NCBI GenBank assembly: GCA_051362555.1
Contig: CM120640.1
Coordinates: forward strand, 56,584,788 to 56,648,787
Length of the DNA: 64,000 bases
Source: Lingula anatina
Lineage: Eukaryota; Animalia; Brachiopoda
Direction: 5' to 3'
Both the position numbers and the translations under genes were made by a program. The notes under the pieces were generated by a model, which saw nothing but the letters and a program-made list of their open reading frames with translations, made no database searches and was not told the DNA's origin. This document shows, one piece after another, positions 52,450-64,000 of this stretch; the stretch's first letter is position 1, and each line of letters starts with the position of its first letter.

Positions 52450-53690
52450 GTATTTATTTATTATTATTATTTATTTTTTATTTATTATCATTTTATTTTA
52501 TTATTATTTTTTTTTTTTTTGCTATCAGATTCAAGCAGATGGAAAGAATTTAAAAAGATGCTATCCCCTCCTCAGAGATACAGTCTGGTTTATGGAGTGT
52601 ACAAAGACTACTTCTATATAACCACTGGGCAGGATGACATAATGACCTTCAGTGATGTTTGGCGTTTTGATATCAGGTGTTTATTACTTGAAAATTTTTC
52701 ATATATAGCCTCTGCTTATATCCCAGAGGCATATCACATACTTTTAGAATAACACAATTTCAACAATTATTCACAGCCAAGTCTTTAAAGGTTATCTCCT
52801 CTCAGAGTTAAGGACTTTATAGGATGGTGATCAGCAAGTAGTAGAACATCTGTTTGATTCTTCTTTTTTGTGTGCAAAAACTGTGTATACTTGTAATTCA
52901 GGGAAAACAAGCAGGTAGATTTGTTTATGTTTTAGTACATATATTTCTCTCCCTATGTGAACTTAGAAAAATAATGTGCTTACAAATGTCTTTATAGAAC
53001 TGAGACCTGGGAGGAAATGTCTCCAGATGGCTCCCATGTCCCTGCAGTTTATGGTGCAGCAGGTGGTGTAGCTGATGGTGGTGCCTACTTGTATGTCAGC
53101 CATGGTTTTGATATGGACAGGAGGTACTCTACCACACACAGATACAGTATTGAAGACAACTTGTGGGAGGAGGTGTATTCTGGTGGACATCCATATAGTC
53201 CTAATTATCCACATGCACGGTAAAACAGCTATTGCAATTTTAAGTATGTTGTCTAGAATATTTTTTTAAAAGGCAGAATAGGATTTTAATCAGTCTTAAT
53301 GCTTTTCATCTCTCTAGATTTTGTATGTGACTTCTTAATTAGTGTTTATGATTTCTGACTTGCATCCATGGATGCTTTGTTTTAGAAACATTCTACTGTT
53401 TTGGAAGTATTTGCATTCATGATCTAATGTAATTTTTCAGATGTTTGCATGGAGGCGTGATGACAGCAGAACATAATTTGGTGATTTTTGGAGGATGTTT
53501 GAGGTAAGAATTAAAAAAAGTTTGAATTCATTCAAAACCTTATTTGCTAAGTCTTTTGAAAAAATGTGTTTTATTATCCATTATAAATAAATCAGAATGC
53601 ATGTTTAAAAGTGATGTTGCATCGTGTTTGTGTGTCTTGAATTAATGAGACATCTCATACATAGTGCAGTGTTTATTTATTATTATTATT

Positions 53691-53721
<31 letters not shown>

Positions 53722-56700
53722 GGCAGTATGCTTCTTATCATGCACAGTCCTAAAATATAATCTCTGGCTCTACATAATTTCAGTGGTGGAGGCACAGGTG
53801 GCCCCTGCCCTAGCCACGACTCTTGGTTATTGGATGGTAAAGCTGGGGAATGGACTAAGCTGCCTGACTGTTTGTCCCCAAAAATTTATCCCAGTCTTGC
53901 TCTTCTGCCCAATGGGAATGATGGTCAAGTGGTCATTTTGTATGGTGGAATGGAGACTACAAGTCAAATGCTTAAGGTTCATATACTGTATTCTATGAGT
54001 CATAAAAATAATAGATTCTGATATATGTGACTTAAATCTACCTGATCTAATCATCTTGCAAAAGCTTATGGAATAGTCTACTTTTGATAGACAATTGTTA
54101 TGTTTCATGTTTACAAGCCTTGCTGTTTTCTTTTGTTTTCTCAGACATATGTCTCTCTTGAATCAGACGTTGGAGTTCTGGAATTGGAAAGTAACATTTG
54201 GAGTACCAGGAAAGTTTTGGTAAAATTCTTTCTTAATTGATTATTGATTTTAATAGATTAGATTTGTGCTTTGCACAAATATAAAAATTTCTTCGGGTGC
54301 TGTTTTTGTTAAATATTCAGTCAGAATAGTATTGGCTGCGTTCTTCAAAAATGACCTTTAAAGGGAAACCAAAATATGAAAACATTGTGAAATAATCAAT
54401 AGGTATATCATATTTTAGGGATCATCCTATCCAGTGAAACGATATAGTGCTGCACTTACCACTGCACAAGTACTTGGGGGGGTTGTGCTGTTTGGAGGAG
54501 AAACAATGACAAAGTATGTTAAAGAATTTGTACAAGCTAACAGTGTTATCAATTTTAAGTGTCTAACATACAAATTGTTCTGTTGGTTATGTAGATATAT
54601 TGGGCGCACTGTGTATTTGATGGGACTTTTGCAGGTACTTAGTTTCATTTGGGTTGAGAATTGAAGCCTTTGCCCCCATAAAAATATTTTATTTTTGTTA
54701 GTCTCTTCATGAAACAAACTTTTTCTTCAAGTGGGACAGTTAATGACCTTTGGCTACTTCGTGGAAATGGTTCATCTGTCACCAGCCTGGAAGTTAGTAC
54801 CAAGTGTGGAGGCCCATTTATAGTGTTCTGGAACCTGATAGTCCTCCACACAGTCTTCATGTTCGCTGGCTGGGGCATCTTACTGCAGGCTGGAGCATTT
54901 ATTGCTAGGTATTTCAAATGGAAAGGTCCCAAGTGGTTTCTCATTCATAGGGTATTGCAGGTATGTTGAACAAAGGGGTCTTGGACTGGATTCAGTATGA
55001 CAGCATTAAGGGTTTGATTGTCTTGTTATGTCATCTGTACTCCACCCAGTTTGGTGTTTTATAAAATGAGGAATATGGCATGGTATATTTGTGAGAATGA
55101 TTTTATGCACCAGTTGTGGCAAGTGCATTTTAATAGTAAAAAAATCACTGTAAGGTTTGATATCAATGTAAGATTCGATGGTTTACTTTTGATAATAATG
55201 TTGTATTTTTATTGTCAGAAATTATGCATATGGTATGATGGGTTACCTATGATTTAATATACATGTTGTAGTGTCAGTTGTGTTTTGTTTATCAAAAGTC
55301 ATGGATAAACACAGAACTGTACACTGTGTAATAATCTTTCTGGTCTTTTTTCCATTCAGTCCACAGGATTATTTTTTGCATTAGCTGGGTTTATCTGTGC
55401 CATAGTGTCTGTGAGATTTGACCACTTTTCCTTTGCCCATGGGATCATTGGGCTTATAATTATGATCCTAGGGCTGCTGCAACCACTCAATGCATTGATG
55501 TGAGTTAGTAATCTTGTATCATATATGCAAGAAGGCAAATTTTTATTAGTACCACCAGCGTGTACGCTGGCGGTACTCATGGTTTTAGTCCCGACCCGTC
55601 TCGTACAGCTCCGCCGGCTCCTGTGGCTTCGTCGGCTCCGCAGTCGGGCGCCAGAAACAAGTCGCTGTTACCGCTTCTCCTCCTAGACCGCAAGGACCTG
55701 TGTCCCCATCTCTTGGATTTAGGTCACATATAATCTCAACTTGAATCCCCTGTTTTTTTTGTCTCTGTTGGTGCATTGACCTGGGCGTGACGCTTGTTGA
55801 AATGCACCCTTGAAAATTCAATGCTAAATATCTCCCAAACCGAAGGAATTATGGGAAAAATTTCTATTGATGACTGACCGAAAATCATATGTAGCAAACA
55901 TGTGCAAACATGCCCTTGGATTTGACCTTTGACCTTTATTTCAAGGGCAAATGGGCCAAAATTTTCTAAAAATGAGAAATTTTTGCAAAAAAAAAAACAA
56001 TTATTTCTGCTTTTTTCCAGCAACTGTGCAGATCTAATCTATAATATTATGGACAGGTGTTACCCTTAGGGTCATCTTTCATCTTCGTGAGTTTGGTGTC
56101 AATCGGTGCATTTTCATGGGAGTAACAGCCATTAGATGCCGAAACTGAAAACTCTCTCTAATTCTGGATCCGTTAATGCTAGAGACCTCTTGTTTTTTGC
56201 ATTTTGTAGAGCTTGTCAAGCACAACACTAATGGTGGTATCTGTTTTTTTGTTTTCGATACGGCTTAGGCATTGCACTATATCAAAAAGTTCAACATCTG
56301 ATATTCAGTGATGAAAATAAAATGTGGAATACTCCAAAATTAGCAGAGATATGCCCATAGTTACTATTGAACTTGAATAGGAAGTCATATACTGGTAATC
56401 TGTGACCTTGAAATTGACCTTTGACCTACATTTCATGATTAACTGCACTTTGCAAGTTTTCTAATCTTTATATCTCCAAAACTGGCAAAGATACGCCCAA
56501 AGTTACTATTGAACTTGAATAGGAAGTCATATACTGGCAATCGAACTATGACCCTGACATTGACCTTTGACCTAATTTTCACCGTGAACTGAACTTTACA
56601 AATTTTCTAGCCCTTATATCTCCAAAACTGGCAGAGATAAGCCCATAGTTACTGTTGAACTTGAATAGGAAGTCATATACTGGCAATCTCACTGTGACCT

Positions 56701-57056
56701 TGAAATTGACCTTTGACCTACTTTTCACCATGAACTGAACTTTGCAAATTTTCTGGCCCTTATATCTCGAAAACTGGCAAAGTTACTATTGAACTTGAAT
56801 AGGAAGTCACATACTGGCAATCTTACTGTGACCTTGAAATTGACCTTTGACTTACTCTTTATGATGAACTGCACTTTGCATGTTTCCTGGCCTTCATATC
56901 TCCAAAATTGGCAAAGAAACGCCCTTAGTTACTGTTGAACTTGTATCGGAAGTCATATACTGTGACCTTGAAATTGACCTTTGACCTACTTTTACGCCAC
57001 TACTTTTTGCCCCTCATATCTTCAAAACTAGCAGAGATCTGCGTAGTGTTGTCCCT

Positions 57057-57090
<34 letters not shown>

Positions 57091-57804
57091 ATATTTTGAG
57101 AACTCTTGTTTATTGCATTTTATAGAGCTTGTCAAGCACAAGACTGGTGGTGATGTCCCTTTTTTTTGGGGAGGGGGGTCCATACGAATGTGCTTACTCC
57201 AGCTGGTGGTACAATATCTGGAGGCGGTATTGCCTCTCTGATCCTCTAGTTGAGAGTGAGAAGCAATTTACAGGTGTAATTTTGGGGAATTTCTCTTGCT
57301 TTTGGAAAAGCTGATATATGTATAAAATAGTCCAATGGGGATAGTGGATTAAATTTCTGGTCCTGCAAGAGGTGACAACCTGACATTATACTTTTTTTCA
57401 CTTCATCTTTTAGACGACCTCACAAGGAGCAAAATGAGGTCATATCTAGAAAGAGATGGATCTGGGAACTTATCCATTTGAATACTGGAAGGCTGGCCCT
57501 TATTTTGGCATTGATAAACATGGTTCTTGGTGAGCATTTATTTTCTGAGATACTCAGTTATCATTGTAAGTAATTTGATTAAACCAAAGATATATGCATT
57601 GATGTTAGGATTTGTTTTAATTATAACCTTTATTAAGATAAAAGATGTATTTCAGGGGTGTATTTGGAAGTATCTAGCCTGGGAACACAGATATTGACAT
57701 ATGTTTACATTGGCGTAATTATTGTAGCCTACATTGCCATGGAACTATGGACAAGAATCAAAGGGAAAGGAAGAAGTGAACAGATGGAGTTGAACAAAAT
57801 ATAA
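52001..57804 (+). CDS. Signal peptide + kelch-repeat propeller + C-terminal cytochrome b561 (FRRS1/CYBDOM-type) membrane protein
   Basis: Exons 52001-52232, 52529-52676, 52998-53219, 53441-53503, 53784-53976, 54145-54219, 54419-54513, 54732-54960, 55360-55499, 57414-57529, 57656-57804. About six kelch-like units (PTRRDH..LIMFGG..GDTW; VIFGG; VILYGG; VLFGG..NDLW). Four b561 heme His: LHTVFMFAGWG, FLIHRVLQ, FAHGIIG..LQP..RP, WELIHLNTGR. Confidence 0.88.
52389..52510. repeat. (TTA)n microsatellite with degenerate tail
   Basis: Direct reading. Confidence 0.93.
55546..57250 (+). mobile_element. Helentron-type non-autonomous element with five internal ~145-bp tandem repeats (intronic)
   Basis: 5' gtaccaccagcg/cgctggcggtac hairpin; 3' gctggtggtac sub-TIR, gaggc..gcctc stem-loop, ctagt end; repeats marked by ggaagtcatatactg and gtgaccttgaaattgacctttgacct. 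Confidence 0.85.
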
Positions 57805-58164
57805 TGGAATTCAAATGGTTGTTTTGATACAGTCAGCATAATGTTGTGCAATAAAAAGATTCTTCAATACAATGAGATTATTTACTATAGCACGGATCAG
57901 ATGTTTAAATATTTACCCTATGAGGCCACCCTTTTTAAAAATTTTATTAAAAGATTAAGTTGCAATATTAGGGGCTGAATTAAAATGTTATTTTCAACAG
58001 TGGAATAAATATAGTTACACACTACCAAGTTATAATAAAAAAAGTCTATTTATCTTTCTTTTTAAAATTATTCATTAATTTTTATGCACAGACACTGCAA
58101 ATATCTGTATATTTTCTGATTGGTCTGTCTGTCCACTTTCTTGCCATCACTGTCCAACACATGA

Positions 58165-60173
58165 TATTTGCCCCATAACTGCCAAACCATATTTTTGTTT
58201 TACTTTTGATTTACTGAGTAGTTTTGTTTGGTAAAGAGACCAGTTGCTTTTAAAAATCGGCATAATTGGTTTACATTGGTTTACGGTAATTATTCTTTTT
58301 TTTCCACAATTTTGGTGACGTTCGCCCCATAACTGCCAATTGAAACTGTATTTTTGTTCTACTTTAAATTTACCGAGTGGCTTTGTTTGGTAAAGAGGCA
58401 GACTGCTTTCCAAAATCAGCATGATCAGTTTACACTTACAGTAATTAGTACCACCAGCGTATACGCTGGCGGTACTCATGGTTTTAGTCCCGACCCGTCT
58501 CGTACAGCTCCGCCGGCTCCGCCGGCTCCTGCAGCTCCGCCGGCTCCTGCGGCTCCGCAGTCGGGCGCCGGAAACAAGTCACCGTTACCGCTTCTCCTCC
58601 TAGACCGCCAGGACCTGTGTCCCCATCTCTTGGATTTAGGTCACATATAATCTCAACTTGAACACCCTGTTTTTTTTATCTCTGTCGGTGCATTGGCCTG
58701 GGCGTGACACTTGTTGAAACGCACCCTTGTCAAAATTTTTGAAAATTCAAGGCTAAATATCTCCCAAACCAAAGGAATTATGGGAAAAATTACTACAGAA
58801 GTCTGACCGAAACTCATATGTGGAGATTCCAAATATGCCCTTGGATTTGACTTTTGACCTTTTTTTCAAGGTCAAACAAGCCAAAATTTTCTAAAAAATG
58901 GGAATTTTCTGCAAAAAAATATTTGTTTGTGCTATTTTTTGGAAACTACACAGATCTAAGCTCTCCTGTTACAGTGAGGGGTTACAATTGGGGACTCCTT
59001 TCATCTTTGGGAGTTTGGGGTCAATCGGTGCATTTTCACGGGAGAAGCAGCCATTAGATCCCGAAACTGAAAACTTGTTTTTATTCTGGAATGGTAAATG
59101 CCAGAAACCTTTTGTTCATCGCATTTTGTAGAACTTGTCAAGTGCAATACTGGAGGTGGTGTCCATTTTTTTTGTTTTCGATATGGTTTAGGCATTGCGC
59201 TATATCAAAAATTACAACATTGCAATATTCAGTGGGGAAAATGATAAATATTCCAAAATTAGCAGAGATATGCCCATAGTTACTATTGAACTTGAGTAAG
59301 AAGTCATATACTGGTAATCTAACTGTGACCTTGAAATTGACCTTTGACCTACATTTCATGATGAACTGCACTTTGAAGTTTTCTGATCTTTATATCTCCA
59401 AAACTGGCAAAGATACGCCCATAGTTACTATTGAACTTGAATAGGAAGTTATATACTGTTAATCTAACTGTGACCTTTAAATTGACATTTGACCTACTTT
59501 TCACCATGAACTGAACTTTGCAAATTTTCCAGCCCTTATATCTCCAAAACTGGCAGAGATACACCCATAGTTACTGTTAAACATGAATAGGAAGTCATAT
59601 ACTGGCATTCTTATTGTGACCTTGAAATTGACCTTTGACCTACTTTTCAACATGAACTGAACTTTGCAAATTTTCTATCCCTTATATCTCGAAAACTGGC
59701 AGAGATAGGTCCAAAGTTACTATTGAACTTGAATAGAAAGTCATAAACTGGCAATCTTACTGTGACCTTGAAATTGACCTTTGACCTACTATTTATGTTG
59801 AACTGCACTTTGCATGTTTCCTGGCCTTCATATCTCCAACATTGGTAAAGAAATGCCCATAGCTACTATTGAACCTTTATAGGAAGTCATATACTGTGGC
59901 CTTGAAATTGACCTTTGACCTACCTTTTTACCACAAACTGAACTCTGCATATTTTCGTGCCCTTCATATCTTCAAAACTAGCAGAGATCTGCTCAGTGTT
60001 GTCCCTAGGTTTTCTCTTTTGTCAGCATACTGGTATATGCAATACTGATAATGCATTTCAAGGAAAACCAATAGGCCTATTGTCTAGAAAATCACAGGAG
60101 TGATCAGTGTTAGGAAAATATAGGTCAATTTGAACATCTCCTTGATTGGACCATTTTAACTGTTATGTTTTTT

Positions 60174-60205
<32 letters not shown>

Positions 60206-60590
60206 GTGCATATTTTGAGAACTCTTGTTTATTGCATTTTATAGAGCTTGTCAAGCACAAGACTGGTGGTGGTGTCCAATTTTTTTTTATTATTTTTTTG
60301 GGGGGGGGTGTCCTTACGAATGTGCTTACTCCAGCTGGTGGTACAATATCCAGAGGCGGTATCGCCTCTCTGATCCTCTAGTTATTCTTTTTTTTTTCAC
60401 AATTTTGGTGACATTCGCCCCATAACTGCCAAACTGTATTTTTGTTTTACTTTAAATTTACCGAGTGGCTTTGTTTGGTAAAGAGGTAGACTGCTTTCCA
60501 AAATCAGCATGATCAGTTTACATTTACAGTAATTAGGTAGGTTGCTTTCGAAAGTCAGCACAATCTGTTCACATTTATGGTAATTATTTA
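58165..60590. repeat. ~155-bp tandem repeat interrupted by the 58445-60382 element
   Basis: gccccataactgccaa at 58170, 58324 and 60417; tttgtttggtaaagag in each unit. Confidence 0.8.
58445..60382 (+). mobile_element. Second copy of the satellite-bearing Helentron-type element
   Basis: Same termini and five ~145-bp units as 55546-57250; expanded gctccgccggctcc motif near the 5' end; ~170 bp of extra sequence near 60020-60190. Confidence 0.88.
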
Positions 60591-62378
60591 TTTATTTATT
60601 TTTTTGTGAAATTTTCATTTTTCACACAATAGCATTTTCAGTGACTTTTTTATCACATGGATTGAATCACTTGTTAGTTTTTGGTTGTTCATGTTACCTG
60701 TAGTACATAATGTAAGAGGGTAAGAGTGATTATGCTATTTTATGTAATGTTGCATCAAAATTGGTCAAAACATTATTTTGTGCAGTTTTATCTAAGTAAT
60801 GTCTGAACATTTGACAGCTTTTCTTCCTTGTTTCCTGAATGGTGTCTGTATATTCAGCAGCTTTGTGGTCTAGTGTATTAATATTGTTTTATTTATTGTA
60901 TTTATTGTAATTATTATTATAATTATTAAATCATTATATTTATTTTTGAAAAATATAACTTTTGAAATTTTGATAATGCAAGTAATTAAAAGGGGTTGCT
61001 TTAGTAATTTAGATTTGTAAGCATTTTTGACAAATATACATTTTTTTGCTTTTGTACGAAAAAATCTGTTAGATGCAGCTTATTGGTGTATCACAGTGTG
61101 ATATTCAATTTATATTTTAAACTCAATTTTGGTGCAATTGACCTTTTAATATAGGGTGCCAAACAACATTTTTTCATGGTTTTGTAAATTCTGGTTATTA
61201 AAAAAGGTGGTATATTTTTTAACATGTTAATTAATACCAGAATGTGGATACTTACCCCGTATGCCACCCAAAATTACACACCTGATTTTCAGTGTTTTTT
61301 TTTTTTTTTCTTTTTAATTTGGCTATGTGGTGGCTTTTATCAAGGTCTCCATTATTCATTAAATTAGTTTGAAATTTACTGTATGATTTTTTGACATTTC
61401 TACCGGAAACTTCAAGCTCATTCAAATATAACAAGAGCGAACATCATTTCAGGGGAGAACATCAAAATATCAGTAAATAAATTCATTTGAATTGCACTGC
61501 CATTGATTAGTCACCACATAATACGTGTGTACGAGTTGGGGGCATCCTGCATATATACCAAAATTTGCATTGTGCTAATCATTTTCATATTTTTACTGCA
61601 CAATTGTATCTGCCCAAATTAAGAGCAACAGAATGCAAACAAGGCCCACACTTATATCTGCAGAATACTCGTAAAAGATTTTTGTACTTTCTTAATATTT
61701 ATTCAACATTAAAATAGTTTATATTACCTTCCTTTGCATTTTTATTAATAATAAAACATTACATTTTAAGGTTGGTCATTTTTACTGTGCTAAGCACCAG
61801 TGTTTTGTATTGGACTTGTGCTTTAATATGGTATTTGTAAGTTGTTGTAACTGTACATAAATATTACCTTCATTTAACAAAGAGGCATACAGGTTACAAT
61901 TTTGCACATACCTAAAATGCCAGAAAAGTAGTATTTGAATCATGGAAATGAGTTTTAAAGAAAGCCAGCCCTTTAGAACTTCAAGTATTGCATGGGTTGC
62001 AAAAGCCAGCTGTAAGGAATTACACTAGTATCAAGTCTTATTATTTATTAATTAAACAGTTTTATTATGCATTGATTTAATGCCAATTTCTGTTTGTTAA
62101 ACTGATACGCCTTTGGACATGAAAATTTGTCATAGTTAAATTCAAAGATAATGAAATGATAAAAAATGCAAGCACATCAAAACTGGCTTAAGACATGCAT
62201 AAACAATTACTCTAAATTGTAACCAAAAATACATAATGCTGCATTATGTAAGATCATCTGCTAATGAACATACTATTTATAAAACTTACTACACACACAC
62301 ACATTCCTTCTACTCTCACATCCAGACTTGGCTCTTCTCACCCATATGTTTATGTTTGTATGTCATAACTTGCTGAAC

Positions 62379-63854
62379 CTATATTAATGTTGACTTTTTT
62401 ATGAGCACCCTACTGCCCAATTCATAATGTCCCTTCTTGTGTGATTTGCGTTCTTTTCTTCGTCTTTCTTTGTTGTGAACTGAATGTTCATGTCTATCCC
62501 TGTTTGCATCATTGTCCAAGTGTCCATGTTTGTCCTTGTCCAAATATCCATTTCTATCCCTGCCTTTGTCCAAATATCTATTTCTATCCCTGTCTTTGTC
62601 CAAATGCCTGTTATTATCTGTGTCGGTGTTGCTATGCTTGATCTTATCCCCTGCTGTGTGACTACGTCTGTGCCGCCATTTGTCAAATGATCCAGGTGAC
62701 AGTTGGACAGCCATCGGTTGTCTGGACCCGGGCGTCATCAGTACTGTTTGCTGAAAATGACAATGAAAAAACAATTCATAAAATATGCAATGTATTGGAC
62801 ATCTCAAACCTGTAAATGTGAACTGTTAACACTGGTTTAACAAGGAAGTAAAATAAAATTCCAAAATAAAAAAATGATAGCAATTTAGTTGGTGACCAAC
62901 AATGATTCTCAGGACAGAAATTATGTGTTAGTTAATGATAACAGTACACTGAAGTATTAGAGCAAATACCAACTACTGGTGAAAGGCTTTTAATAGAATT
63001 ATTAGAATATTAAAATATTCTCATTCTCTATTAAATTAAGGATTTCTGTTGATTGCAATTAAAGAACAAGTTGTTAAAATACGATAACTTTGCACATAAT
63101 TTTTACAAATTCAAGCAGACAGTGATGAAAATAAACAAAGGCCCTTTAGTTATAGGCAACTATATTAGGAAAAAATGAATCAATGAACATGCTTTGCATG
63201 TATAAACTGTAAATGATATAAATGGGAAATAAGCAGGTTAATGAGGACCCTTTTCCTATCCACATGCCCTGAAGTAAAAAGCAACAATATAATAGATAAA
63301 GTGTTATGGGCATAACAGTAAATAACAGTGCATTTAAACAGTAAAGAGTGAATTATCAGCAGGGGTACTGCCAAACTGCTACAGCTGTCACCAGCATAGT
63401 GTCATACAATGCTGGTGACAGCTGACACAGTAGGTGGCTGGGTCACAATATGCTTATGCTGTGAGCTCTTTCCAAACATGCAACTCCCCCATGCAAAGCA
63501 GCTGGAGATGAAATACCTGCCAAATTCCACTCATCAAGAAGTGGAGCACTGCTGGTCCTGCTTCGTTTACGTATTGGCTGAAAGGGTCAGAACACAAGGT
63601 TGAATTGTACAGCAGCAACATATCAAAGCGAAAAAAAAAAAAAAATAGCCAGGGCTGTAGATATTCTTAAAGCATGAAAAGCAGGCTAAAACAAGAGTTC
63701 ATGAGCCCATCCCTGAAGTATTTTAGTCATCATTACCTGTGTCTGTCTGGAAATCTTCTTGGAAGATCTAGTCAGGGGTGACACAAAGTGTGATAGCTGT
63801 TCTTTCTGAGGAGTACTAGGACTGTGGCGCTTTCTAGGAGGGTATTCACTGGTG
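62379..63854 (-). CDS. Putative 3' exons of an unidentified low-complexity, charged protein continuing beyond the window
   Basis: AG/GT-bounded segments ~63854-63737 (TSEYPPRKRHSPSTPQK...), ~63577-63517 (PIRKRSRTSSAPLLDEWNLA) and 62750-62379 (QTVLMTPGSRQP..DKDRDRN repeats..RKERKSHKK). Joining between the last two is uncertain; no recognisable domain. Confidence 0.45.
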
Positions 63855-64000
63855 CTAGGAGAGTGAAAAAGGTTCATATTTGAATGTTTAAGAAACAGGC
63901 ATAATATAGCATGCATTGAACGATCAAACTTTTCTTTCCACTTGATAATAAAATATATTATTAAGACAACAGCTAAAACAATGTACAGCATCTTACTACA

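Noticed and set aside
52368-52553. Poly-Leu / poly-Tyr ORFs
   Set aside because: Translations of the (TTA)n microsatellite.
58354-58650. Pro/Ala-rich 98-aa ORF
   Set aside because: Spans host repeat and the GC-rich 5' microrepeat of the HINE; not preserved as an ORF in the sister copy.
60855-60882. tRNA A-box-like gtggtctagtg
   Set aside because: No B-box or cloverleaf follows.
62399-62690. Overlapping repetitive ORFs in several frames
   Set aside because: Alternative-frame translations of a short internal repeat; only the DKDRDRN frame has a good splice acceptor.

Overview
AT-rich, intron-containing animal genomic DNA (probably a marine invertebrate; species not determinable here). Manual splice reconstruction gives eight multi-exon genes on strictly alternating strands, forming four head-to-head pairs: NGRN(-)/DCP2(+), NMRK(-)/CCDC124(+), a GT61 EOGT-like glycosyltransferase(-)/WDR6(+), and SPEF1(-)/a kelch-cytochrome b561 fusion(+). 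The 3' exons of an unidentified gene (-) lie at the right edge. The most interesting signals: (i) an intact 83-aa acidic ORF sitting directly upstream of, and overlapping, an N-terminally extended NMRK frame whose extension looks like a mitochondrial presequence (candidate bicistronic, dual-targeting locus); (ii) a signal peptide + kelch propeller + di-heme cytochrome b561 protein; (iii) three U12-type introns (one AT-AC) and two consecutive GC-AG introns; (iv) many non-autonomous transposons (PIF/Harbinger-type MITEs, Helentron-type HINEs with internal satellites), two with reconstructable empty sites. No CRISPR, rRNA or tRNA genes were found. Exon coordinates were read by eye and may be off by a few bases.
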